Origin: Verrucomicrobiota bacterium
GTDB taxonomy: Bacteria > Verrucomicrobiota > Verrucomicrobiia > Limisphaerales > SIBE01
Direction: 5' to 3'
DNA: 64,000 nucleotides
NCBI GenBank assembly: GCA_021733945.1
Contig: JAIPJX010000003.1
Location: 16,493 to 80,492 of the forward strand
Shown: positions 18,948-27,545 of the stretch, one piece after another
How the letters are laid out: every line of letters starts with the position of its first letter
How positions within the stretch are numbered: position 1 is the first letter of the stretch
The notes under the pieces: model-generated
Seen by the model: the letters and a program-made list of their open reading frames with translations, nothing else
What the model was told of the DNA's origin: nothing
Databases searched by the model: none
Translations under genes and position numbers: made by a program

Positions 18948-20099
18948 ATGATCTGGCGATGTGATCTCTCGCTGCAATACGCGGCGTATCGGGAGGAAAT
19001 ACTGGCAGCGGTCCAGGGAGTCCTTGAAACCGGTGTGTATACTCTCGGCCCTGAAGTCAGGCGCTTTGAGGAGGAGTTCGCGCAGTCCCTTAACGTGCCT
19101 CATTGTGTGACCGTGGCCAATGGCACCGACGGACTGACGTTGTCGCTTATGGCCATGGGCATCGGCCCCGGGGACGAGGTGATCACGACGCCCTTCACCG
19201 CCATCCCCACCGTGTCGGCCATCATTGATGCCGGTGCCCGCCCGGTGTTTGCGGATGTCGATCCTGAGACCTACCTGCTGGATCAAGAGAGCGTGCTGGC
19301 GGCGTTGTCCCCGCGTACGAAAGCCGTGATGCCGGTGCATATTTTCGGAAATGTCTTCGACGTGCCGCGATTGAGGGAGCAACTGCCTGCTGGGGTGGCG
19401 GTCATCGAAGACGCGTGCCAGGCTCACGGATCATCGCTGCGAGGAGCCAGGGCCGGAACCATGGGCGACTCTGGTGTGTTTAGTTTCTATCCGACCAAAA
19501 ACCTCGGTGGTTACGGAGACGGAGGGGCCATCGTGACCGCCAGCGGGGAGCTGACAGCCAGACTGCGAAGGCTCCGAATGTACGGCATGGTGGACAAGGA
19601 TCATATTGACACGACCGGCGTAAATTCCCGCCTGGACGAAGTGCAGGCAGCCATCCTGCGAGTCAAGCTGAAGCATCTCGAGGCCATGAATGATCAGCGG
19701 CGTGTTGTGGCCGAGCGTTACAAGGAATTCCTCCCAAGCCGGGAATTCACCTTTCAACAGGTTCCTGAACAGGCCATCTGCAATTATCACGTATTCGCAG
19801 CCAAAGTCCGGCGTGACCGCGACGGTTTGATGCGGTTTCTGGAGGAGAAGGATATACAGACGAATATCTATTATCCGCTTCCGCTGACCCTTCAGAAGGG
19901 ATTGGCTCATTTGGGGTATCATTTGGGGGACTTTCCGGTGGCGGAGGAGATCTGTCGCCGAATCGTTGCGTTGCCGATGTACCCCGAGTTTCCGGCTTCG
20001 CAACAACAATGCGTGATCAACGCGATCCGCGCGTATTACCAGACCGGCCTGGCCCAGACCGAAGAGTGTCTGCCACAGCTTGAAGCCACAATCCAATGA
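18948..20099 (+). CDS. DegT/DnrJ/EryC1/StrS-family PLP-dependent sugar aminotransferase
   Basis: FEEEFA...HCVTVANGTDGLTL...GDEVITTPFTAIPTVSAI, HIFGN and FSFYPTKNLGGYGDGGAIVT (the Schiff-base Lys in PTKNLG). Confidence 0.9.
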   Translation: MIWRCDLSLQYAAYREEILAAVQGVLETGVYTLGPEVRRFEEEFAQSLNVPHCVTVANGTDGLTLSLMAMGIGPGDEVITTPFTAIPTVSAIIDAGARPVFADVDPETYLLDQESVLAALSPRTKAVMPVHIFGNVFDVPRLREQLPAGVAVIEDACQAHGSSLRGARAGTMGDSGVFSFYPTKNLGGYGDGGAIVTASGELTARLRRLRMYGMVDKDHIDTTGVNSRLDEVQAAILRVKLKHLEAMNDQRRVVAERYKEFLPSREFTFQQVPEQAICNYHVFAAKVRRDRDGLMRFLEEKDIQTNIYYPLPLTLQKGLAHLGYHLGDFPVAEEICRRIVALPMYPEFPASQQQCVINAIRAYYQTGLAQTEECLPQLEATIQ

Positions 20100-20178
20100 A
20101 AGCCGGGCTTTTGACAGCCCAGCTGTAATGGACCCAACCCGCTCTGGCGTCTGCTCTGCCGTAACGATTCTTAGCAGC

Positions 20179-20288
20179 CCGTTAAAAAAGTAGGAGCCGA
20201 CGTCAGGAGGCTCTGCAATACCTAGAGATACCTGAGAAATCAGAGTCTCGTGACCTCGCCTCCTACAAGATCTGGAGTTTTTTAACGG
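20179..20288. repeat. ~110-nt imperfect palindrome (long hairpin / REP- or MITE-like element) in the DegT-GT intergenic gap
   Basis: CCGTTAAAAAA (20179-20189) pairs perfectly with TTTTTTAACGG (20278-20288). Inner arms: GTAGGAG (20190-96) with CTCCTAC (20260-66), and GAGGCTCTG with CAGAGTCTC (8/9). The segment is locally AT-rich. Confidence 0.6.
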
Positions 20289-20328
20289 TCTGTTAGGCAT
20301 CAATCGGAGTGCGGTGCCATCACCCGTG

Positions 20329-21516
20329 ATGAAGAGGATTTGTTTCATCAGCCTAAAGAGCCACGATCTGGTGGCTGAGGCCGCCCAGCCCCGTTACATC
20401 GGGGGAGCGGAGCGCCAGCAGGTGCTGATCGGCCGCGGACTGCAACAATTGGGTTACGAGGTCAGCTTCGTGACCCACGACGTCGGGCAGCCCGATGGTG
20501 TTACCCACAACGGGATACGAATTCACACGGCGTACCACCCCGACAGGGGGCTGCCGGGGTTGCGCGCCATTTCTCCCCGATGGAAGGGACTTTGGTCCGC
20601 CTTGGAACGTGCCGACGCCGATATCTACCACCAGATGTGCGCGGACATCGAAACGGGACAGGTGGCGTGGTGGTGCCGGCGGAAGGGGCGACGACTTGTG
20701 TTCGCGGCTGCATCCGACGCGGACTGCCAAAGGGATCTGCCGCTGCTGCGAACCCGGAGGCAGCGTTGGTTCTATCGATACGGCCTCGCGCGGGCGGACT
20801 GGGTGGTCTGCCAGACGGCGACGCAGGAGTGCGGGTTGAAACGGCATTTCGACATTCAGTCGATGATCATCCCCAGTTGCACCCCGGAGCCTGAGGGTGA
20901 CGTGAATCGTCCCGTTTCATGCCCCAAGGCGGAGCACGTCACGCTTGCCTGGGTCAGCCGTTTGGTTCCTCTCAAACGATTGGAGTGGCTGCTCGATTTG
21001 GCGGAGCATGCTCCTTCCTACCGATTTCTGGTGGTCGGAGGCGGCGAGACCTCCGATGCCTACGTGCGGGGCCTGCTGGCGCGCGCCGCCCGGCTGCCGA
21101 ATGTCCACATCTTGGGACGTGTGCCCGACCGTGAACTCTGGGAGGTGTACGACCAGGCGGACCTCCTTCTGGACACCGCGTCCATCGCCGGTGTGCCAAC
21201 GACGTTTCTTGAGGCGTGGGCTCGGGGTGTGCCCGTGGTCACGACGGTGGACCCGGACGGCGACCTTGAGAAAAACAATCTGGGCCGCGTGGTCTCCAGT
21301 GTCGCCGAGATGGCCGCGGCCATCGCGGAACTCATCGGGCAGCCGGAGCGGTGGTGGTCCTGCTCCCAGGCGGCACGTCAGTACTACAAGAAGCACCATA
21401 CCGTGCGGGCGATTTCAAACGCGTATCACACGATGTTTCATTCGTGGGAGGGAGCCCGAAATCAGGGGCATCGACACGGACTGCGCTTCAGTGGGACAAC
21501 CGCGAGGGGGCAATGA
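20329..21516 (+). CDS. GT4-family glycosyltransferase
   Basis: KRICFISLKS...IGGAERQQVLIGRGLQQLGYEV N-domain; C-domain FLVVGGG...VHILGRV...AGVPTTFLEAWARGVPVVTT. Confidence 0.8.
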   Translation: MKRICFISLKSHDLVAEAAQPRYIGGAERQQVLIGRGLQQLGYEVSFVTHDVGQPDGVTHNGIRIHTAYHPDRGLPGLRAISPRWKGLWSALERADADIYHQMCADIETGQVAWWCRRKGRRLVFAAASDADCQRDLPLLRTRRQRWFYRYGLARADWVVCQTATQECGLKRHFDIQSMIIPSCTPEPEGDVNRPVSCPKAEHVTLAWVSRLVPLKRLEWLLDLAEHAPSYRFLVVGGGETSDAYVRGLLARAARLPNVHILGRVPDRELWEVYDQADLLLDTASIAGVPTTFLEAWARGVPVVTTVDPDGDLEKNNLGRVVSSVAEMAAAIAELIGQPERWWSCSQAARQYYKKHHTVRAISNAYHTMFHSWEGARNQGHRHGLRFSGTTARGQ

Positions 21517-22739
21517 ATTCCCTTGCCGGAATCCAATGTGCCTCGGGTGTACCACGCACCCGGGGGGCACGCATGAAGGTCGTCATTGTGAGAGACCGAA
21601 GGAGTGCGGGAGGTGGCATTCATGGTTATTACAGCGCAATCGAGCGACACTTAACCGTGGCCCATGAATTCTCAGAAGTCGGTCGGCCGCACTCTGCCTT
21701 TGGGGGGGATTCGGCGTTCGGCTTCCGATCCACGGGATGGCGACTGATGCGTGACTGGTGGGCTTTGCTGTGTAGGATTGTGCGATTCTGGCCGGACATC
21801 GTTCATATCAACCCCGGGCTTGATCCTTCGTCTGGTAGGGCGCTGAAACGGGATGCTGTTAGCGTGCTGATCGCGCGCTTGTTCCGCCGCCGGGTCCTCA
21901 TCTTCTGGCGGGGCTGGGAGAACTCCTGGTGCGGTGGGCCGGAATTCCCGGGCGGCAACGGCGGTTGGTTGTCTCGCGTCTACCGGCAGGCGGCGGCGCA
22001 CGTGGTCCTTTCTGCGAGGTTCAGGGACGATCTCCGGCGATGGGGTTTCCGGGATCCGATTTATGTCGAGACCACAGTGGTAACCGACGAGTGCCTGTCG
22101 CAGGAGCCTCCCCCGCACGCCGGGAATCCGGAGAACACAAACCTGTTGTTCCTGTCCCGGATTGAAGTTGCCAAGGGTGTGTTCGAGTTGCTGGATGTTT
22201 ATCGTATTCTGAAAGATCGAAACCCGGCTTACACGCTGACTGTAGCGGGTGACGGCCCGGCCTTGGAGTCCCTGAAAGATCGGGTCGGAGAATTGGGATT
22301 GAGAGACGTGAGCTTTCCCGGATACCTGCAGGGTCAGGAGAAATTCAACTGCTACCGTCAGGGATCGATATTCTGTTTTCTCAGTTATACGGAGGGCATG
22401 CCGAACGCGGTGCTGGAAGCCATGGCGCTGGGGTTGCCGCTTGTTTCGAGTGATGCCGGGGGGCTGCGCGACATCCTGGTCAAGGGCAGGACGGGGTTCG
22501 TGGTGCGCATGCAGGCGGACGCGCCCCCCAAGGCGAAGTTCGATCCCGTTCAGGTTGCCGATCTCATCGATCGCCTGGCCCGCGACCGGGATCTCTATCA
22601 ACGAGTGTCCGGGCACAACGCAGCCTACGCCCGAGCGAGATTCGCCGCGGCCACCGTAGCCAAACGGCTCGAAGCGATCTATGCCGCTGCGATCGGAAAT
22701 TCAACCACCTCCTGCACCAGGAGCGTGGAGGTTTACTGA
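21513..22739 (+). CDS. GT4-family glycosyltransferase
   Basis: LLFLSRIEVAKGV...LTVAGDGP..ESLK....LGL.DVSFPGYL...EGMPNAVLEAMALGLPLVSSDAGG. ATG 21513 overlaps the previous stop (ATGA). An alternative ATG is at 21573 (MKVVIV). Confidence 0.8.
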   Translation: MNSLAGIQCASGVPRTRGARMKVVIVRDRRSAGGGIHGYYSAIERHLTVAHEFSEVGRPHSAFGGDSAFGFRSTGWRLMRDWWALLCRIVRFWPDIVHINPGLDPSSGRALKRDAVSVLIARLFRRRVLIFWRGWENSWCGGPEFPGGNGGWLSRVYRQAAAHVVLSARFRDDLRRWGFRDPIYVETTVVTDECLSQEPPPHAGNPENTNLLFLSRIEVAKGVFELLDVYRILKDRNPAYTLTVAGDGPALESLKDRVGELGLRDVSFPGYLQGQEKFNCYRQGSIFCFLSYTEGMPNAVLEAMALGLPLVSSDAGGLRDILVKGRTGFVVRMQADAPPKAKFDPVQVADLIDRLARDRDLYQRVSGHNAAYARARFAAATVAKRLEAIYAAAIGNSTTSCTRSVEVY

Positions 22740-22744
22740 GGATC

Positions 22745-24691
22745 ATGTGTGGCATCGCAGGAATCTGGTTCTCGGAGCCGATCGACGCGGAGGCGCTTGA
22801 GTCTCAGGCTCGGCGGATGGGCCGGTCCCTGAGACATCGTGGACCGGATGCCGGAGGCGTCTGGGTGGATCCGGCAGCGGCGCTGGGACTGTCGCATCGA
22901 AGGTTGTCCATTCTGGATCTGTCGGACGCGGGTGCCCAGCCCATGCGGTCTCAGTCCGGCCGACATGTGATGGTGTATAATGGCGAGTGTTACAATTTCC
23001 CCGAACTGCGCAGGGAATTGGAGTCCGGGGGCTGCGAGTTTCGAAGCAAGGGCGACACCGAGGTCATTCTGGAAGCCTGCGTTCGCTGGGGTGTGAGGGA
23101 GACGCTGGAGCGGCTCAATGGGATGTTTGCGTTCGCCCTTTGGGACGAGCAGCTCCGCGAGCTTGTCCTGGCGCGGGACCGGATCGGGATCAAACCTCTC
23201 TATTATGGCTGGGCTCAGGGATTGTTCTGGTTCGGATCCGAACTGAAGGCGCTTCGAGTCCTTGACGGGGTTCAACCCAGGGTGGATGTCGAAAGCCTCG
23301 GATTGTTTTTCAAGTACGGCTATGTCCCCGCGCCGCATTCCATCTTCCTGGGTTTCAGGAAGCTTCCCTCGGCCTGTTACGTGGTGGTTCGATCTGCTTC
23401 CCGGGAATCCGAGCCGGAATGTTATTGGCCCTTGGTCCGTAACTTCGGCATGCACGAACGGGATGATTTCGGTGGGGGGAGGCTCGAGGCGGTCGAAGAA
23501 CTGGACGCTCTGCTTCGCAGGTCGGTTCGGCGGCAGATGATATCGGATGTTCCGCTTGGAGCCTTTCTGTCTGGCGGCATTGATTCGTCCACCGTCGTTG
23601 CGCTGATGCAGGCCCAGTCCAGCCGAGCGGTGAAGACGTTCACGATTGGCTTCGAGGAAGCGGGTTTCAATGAGGCGGATTCAGCGCGCCAAATCGCCCG
23701 GCATTTGGGCACCGATCACACCGAACTGGTGCTGACCCCGGGCGAAGCCCAAAAAATCGTGCCCTCGCTGGGAGGCATGTTTGATGAGCCGTTTGCCGAT
23801 GCCTCCCAGATTCCCACATGGGCGGTCTCACGGTTGACGCGCACCGATGTGACCGTCAGTCTCTCGGGTGACGGCGGTGATGAGCTGTTTGCCGGTTATC
23901 GCAATTATGCGCTGAATGCCGCGCGTTTGCGGCGAATCGATCGCCTGCCCACAGCGGCGAGACGCTGGCTGTCCTCCGGTGCCCGGACTTTCTCCGAAGC
24001 TGGTTGGGACCGAATGCTGGACCGCATTTCCGGAGTGCTGCCGGCGGGGTCCCCGGGGGTTCGGGCGCTCTGCGGCCACAAGCTTCACAAATACGCCGCC
24101 ATTCTAGCATCGCACGACACGATGCGCCGCCGGGACCTGATGGATTCCCACTGGTTCGCGCCCGAACAACTGGTGCGGGCATTCGAACCCGATTTGCAGA
24201 ACCGGGAACGCTTTTACTCGAAACAATACGATCCCGTGGAACTGATGGCGGCGGCGGACCTCCTGCAATATCTCCCGGACGACATCCTTACCAAATTGGA
24301 CCGCGCCAGCATGGCCGTCGGCCTGGAGTCGCGCGTCCCAGTGCTCGACCACGAGGTTGTGGAATTTGCGCTGCGCCTGCCCCTGGCGTTCAAGCGCACC
24401 CATGGCGAAGGGAAATGGATTCTCCGCCAGGTGCTCGGAAAGTACGTTCCGAGCCGGTACTTCAACCGGCCGAAGCAGGGGTTTTCAGTGCCGGTGGCGG
24501 CCTGGATTCGCGGGCCGCTGAGGGATTGGGCCGAGGTTCTTATCAACTCGGCGTGCAACCATCACGATGGACTGCTCGATGGCGCCATCGTGCGCGCGAA
24601 GTGGCAGGATCATCTGCGGGGACGCAGGAACTGGGAAAAGCTGCTTTGGCCGGTGCTGATGTTTGAGGCGTGGTCGCAGCACGACTTTTAG
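22745..24691 (+). CDS. Asparagine synthase (glutamine-hydrolysing)-like amidotransferase
   Basis: N-terminal nucleophile MCGIAG, HRGPD, NGE.YN (Ntn glutaminase domain), then the PP-loop synthetase domain SDVPLGAFLSGGIDSS. Confidence 0.9.
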   Translation: MCGIAGIWFSEPIDAEALESQARRMGRSLRHRGPDAGGVWVDPAAALGLSHRRLSILDLSDAGAQPMRSQSGRHVMVYNGECYNFPELRRELESGGCEFRSKGDTEVILEACVRWGVRETLERLNGMFAFALWDEQLRELVLARDRIGIKPLYYGWAQGLFWFGSELKALRVLDGVQPRVDVESLGLFFKYGYVPAPHSIFLGFRKLPSACYVVVRSASRESEPECYWPLVRNFGMHERDDFGGGRLEAVEELDALLRRSVRRQMISDVPLGAFLSGGIDSSTVVALMQAQSSRAVKTFTIGFEEAGFNEADSARQIARHLGTDHTELVLTPGEAQKIVPSLGGMFDEPFADASQIPTWAVSRLTRTDVTVSLSGDGGDELFAGYRNYALNAARLRRIDRLPTAARRWLSSGARTFSEAGWDRMLDRISGVLPAGSPGVRALCGHKLHKYAAILASHDTMRRRDLMDSHWFAPEQLVRAFEPDLQNRERFYSKQYDPVELMAAADLLQYLPDDILTKLDRASMAVGLESRVPVLDHEVVEFALRLPLAFKRTHGEGKWILRQVLGKYVPSRYFNRPKQGFSVPVAAWIRGPLRDWAEVLINSACNHHDGLLDGAIVRAKWQDHLRGRRNWEKLLWPVLMFEAWSQHDF

Positions 24692-24704
24692 TGCGTCAGG
24701 CGTG

Positions 24705-26072
24705 ATGATTTCAGAATTGATCAAGTGCTATCGTCTCTTCCGGACCTTGTCCTGGGATGGTTCGCAAATCCAGAGGGACCAACTGTTGCTGCTGCGAAGA
24801 CTGATGGAGGCGGCGTCCGCGGAGGTGCCCATGTATCGTGAAAAATTCGCCGCCGCGGGTATTCGTTCTGCGTCGATCGATTCCGTTGAAGCATTCCGGC
24901 GTGTCCCGCTCCTGAGCAAGGACGAGATCCGCGCCAATTTCCCGGATCGCATTGTGTCGGAGCGGGAAGACTGGGAGTGGCTGAATTCAATCGCCACTTC
25001 GGGCACAACCAGCCGGGTGATGACGTTTCACAGCGAGAAAAAGCGCGAATGGGATCGGGCGGCGGATCTGCTTCTGGAGTTTTGGGGCAACGGCTGGAGG
25101 CCAGGCTGGCGCAAGATGGTGATTCCTCCCGACGCCTGCTACGAACGGTGCGGAGTCGATCAGCGCAGTCATGTTCAAGGCATGCCTGACAATTTTGGCG
25201 ATGTGCTGCGGAGTCGTGACGGTCGGTGCTGGCAGAAGGCTCAAAAACTCGTACGGCTGGTTCTGCGCAACCGGCTTTGGGAGCTCAAGGTATTGAAGGG
25301 CGTGGAAATGGACGAGACCGTGGCTGCGGAGCACAGACTGGAGGAGTACCTGCAGGAGATCCGCGATTGGCGTCCCTCGGTCCTCAGCGGCCAGCCCCAG
25401 AGTCTCCTGGTCCTCGCGAAGCACGCGCAACGACGCTCTCATCCGAAACGTCTCGCCGGAATTGTCCGGTCCGCCGGTGGAAAGATGACCGGCGAAATGT
25501 CCCGTGTGGTCCAATCCGCACTGGGGCAGGTCCGTGAGAACTTTGGCACGGCCGAGCTGGGTACGGTGGCCTTTGACTGCCCGAGGAGCCGGCAGCAACA
25601 CCTTCTCACCGGGTTGTACTACCTTGAGTTTCTGCGGGCGGGGCTTCCAGTGGCCCCGGGCGAACTGGGCGAGCTGGTGATCACCGATCTGCGCAATTTT
25701 GCGGCGCCCTTCATCCGCTACTCGCTTGGGGACGAGGGGCGCTATTATGACGAACGGTGTGAATGCGGCTTTGAGGGCATGCGTTTCTCGGTCGCCGGCC
25801 GGCTTGATGAAACGATCGTCACCCCGGAGGGCCGCGCCTTTTCGAGTGAAGAGACCGTGGATCTGTTTCTTCGGAGTCCGGAGATCGATTACGTCAAAGT
25901 GATTCAGAAAACGGATGATCATTTCCTGGTGGAGGCCATCATGGATCCTGCCCTCGGCGATCCATCTCCCGAATTCGTGCTGTCTGAACGGCTCGGGAAG
26001 TTATTGGGGCGGCGCGTGACGGTTCAGTTGAGGTTGGTGAGGAGGATAGGCCAGGAGTTATCCGGCATCTAG
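24705..26072 (+). CDS. PaaK/CapK-like adenylate-forming ligase (phenylacetate-CoA ligase family)
   Basis: VPMYREKF...VPLLSKDEIR, then the P-loop-like ATSGTTSRVMTF and a C-terminal ITDL...PFIRYSLGD block. This layout fits the PaaK/coenzyme F390 synthetase/CapK family. Confidence 0.7.
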   Translation: MISELIKCYRLFRTLSWDGSQIQRDQLLLLRRLMEAASAEVPMYREKFAAAGIRSASIDSVEAFRRVPLLSKDEIRANFPDRIVSEREDWEWLNSIATSGTTSRVMTFHSEKKREWDRAADLLLEFWGNGWRPGWRKMVIPPDACYERCGVDQRSHVQGMPDNFGDVLRSRDGRCWQKAQKLVRLVLRNRLWELKVLKGVEMDETVAAEHRLEEYLQEIRDWRPSVLSGQPQSLLVLAKHAQRRSHPKRLAGIVRSAGGKMTGEMSRVVQSALGQVRENFGTAELGTVAFDCPRSRQQHLLTGLYYLEFLRAGLPVAPGELGELVITDLRNFAAPFIRYSLGDEGRYYDERCECGFEGMRFSVAGRLDETIVTPEGRAFSSEETVDLFLRSPEIDYVKVIQKTDDHFLVEAIMDPALGDPSPEFVLSERLGKLLGRRVTVQLRLVRRIGQELSGI

Positions 26073-26092
26073 AGGCTTCGGGTGTAGCCCGG

Positions 26093-26266
26093 ATGTTGAG
26101 CAATCGGTTCGGGATCATGGCGCGTTCGGGATTTCACTGCGCCCAACCGCTGCACGAGGCGTGCGGATTGGCCGAGACGGTCCGGATTTCGGTCCACTTC
26201 TACAATACGGTTGATGAAATCGAGTCCCTGGTGACGGCCGTCGGGATTCTGGCTCGAATGAGTTGA
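26093..26266 (+). pseudogene. Orphan C-terminal fragment (~57 aa) of a class-V aminotransferase / cysteine-desulfurase (SufS/CsdA-like) gene
   Basis: My translation: MLSNRFGIMARSGFHCAQPLHEACGLAETVRISVHFYNTVDEIESLVTAVGILARMS*. It aligns by eye to the SufS C-terminus (GIAVRTGHHCAMPL...CRASLAMYNT.EEVD.LV). A stop in this frame at 25985-87 leaves no room for the ~350 upstream residues. Below the ORF-track length cut-off. Confidence 0.5.
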
Positions 26267-26278
26267 CTGGTTGCAATT

Positions 26279-27499
26279 ATGTTGATCGACGAACTGACAA
26301 CCTTGATGACAGGGCGGGACAAGGCCCTGTTTGCACCCGACGTGGAACGGTTCCGTGATCGGTTGAACGCCGGGATTCGGGGGCGCAGGATCCTTCTCAT
26401 CGGCGGGGCTGGCAGCATTGGCGGGGCGACCGTGCGGGGGATCCTGCCTTTTCGACCGGGGGCCTTGCACGTCGTGGATCAGAACGAGAATGGACTGGCG
26501 GAATTGGTGCGGGACCTGCGGAACCGCGACGAAATCGCCTGTGAAACCGATTTCCGAACACTGCCGCTCGAGTGCGGTTCTCCGATCATGCGGCGGTTTC
26601 TTGGCGAACAGGCGAGCTACGACTTCGTGCTCAATTTCGCCGCGCTGAAACACGTGCGTTCGGAAAAGGACGTGTATTCGACCCTGCAGATGCTCGACAC
26701 GAACGCCCTCAAACCGGGCCGTTTGCTGAACTGGCTGGTGGAGCGGGGCGGACTTCGAGGTTATTTCTGCGTGTCCACAGACAAGGCGGCCAACCCAGTC
26801 AACCTGATGGGAGCCAGCAAGCGGCTCATGGAACATGTGATTTTCTCCGGTGAAGTTGCCGACACCTCGGGCATCACAATCACTTCGGCGCGCTTTGCCA
26901 ATGTTGCCTTTTCCGACGGCAGCCTACTGCAGAGTTGGTTGAACCGATTGGACAAGCGGCAACCTCTGGCGGTGCCCCGGAATACCCGTCGCTATTTCAT
27001 CTCCCTGCAAGAAGCCTCTCAAATCTGTCTGCTGGCGGCGTTCTGCACTCCGGACGGAGATTTGTTGATTCCGAATTTCGATCCCCGGAAGGACCTGAAA
27101 GATTTGGGAGAACTGGCTGGCGGTCTGCTGCGCCACCGCGGTTATGAACCCCAGGTGCACGAGAGCGAAACCGCCGCACGGAGAGCCATGGATGGCTCCG
27201 GATCGCGGGGCCGTTATCCGTTGCTGTTGACCCCGCTGGACACGAGCGGCGAGAAACCTTACGAAGAGTTCCTCAGTTCCACGGAACGCGCTGTGGCGCT
27301 CGGAATGGAGAATCTGCTCGGCGTTCCTTATGCACGCATGGAACCACACCGTCTGCTGCCGGTTCTCAGGCGACTTGAGAGATTCGTTTCCGGGGAGGAG
27401 CAGGCGGTGGAATTGGCTCTCGTTGTTCAGGCCGCTGCGGAGGTCATTCCGGAGTTTAACCACAGGAACAGCAGGAAGAACCTTGATCACCGGATGTAA
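26279..27499 (+). CDS. CapD/PglF/FlaA1-like NDP-sugar 4,6-dehydratase/epimerase (soluble form)
   Basis: RRILLIGGAGSIGGATVRGIL, VVDQNENGL, NFAALKHVRSEKD and FCVSTDKAANPVNLMGASKRLMEHV are Polysacc_synt_2-type motifs. No N-terminal TM segment. Confidence 0.8.
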   Translation: MLIDELTTLMTGRDKALFAPDVERFRDRLNAGIRGRRILLIGGAGSIGGATVRGILPFRPGALHVVDQNENGLAELVRDLRNRDEIACETDFRTLPLECGSPIMRRFLGEQASYDFVLNFAALKHVRSEKDVYSTLQMLDTNALKPGRLLNWLVERGGLRGYFCVSTDKAANPVNLMGASKRLMEHVIFSGEVADTSGITITSARFANVAFSDGSLLQSWLNRLDKRQPLAVPRNTRRYFISLQEASQICLLAAFCTPDGDLLIPNFDPRKDLKDLGELAGGLLRHRGYEPQVHESETAARRAMDGSGSRGRYPLLLTPLDTSGEKPYEEFLSSTERAVALGMENLLGVPYARMEPHRLLPVLRRLERFVSGEEQAVELALVVQAAAEVIPEFNHRNSRKNLDHRM

Positions 27500-27545
27500 T
27501 CACCACGGCGATGCTGGGACAGCGCCTTTGACTCGGAGCAATGGC

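Noticed and set aside
26069-26836. 255-aa minus-strand ORF
   Set aside because: Antisense to the CapD-like gene and to the aminotransferase fragment, both of which have recognisable motifs on the plus strand.
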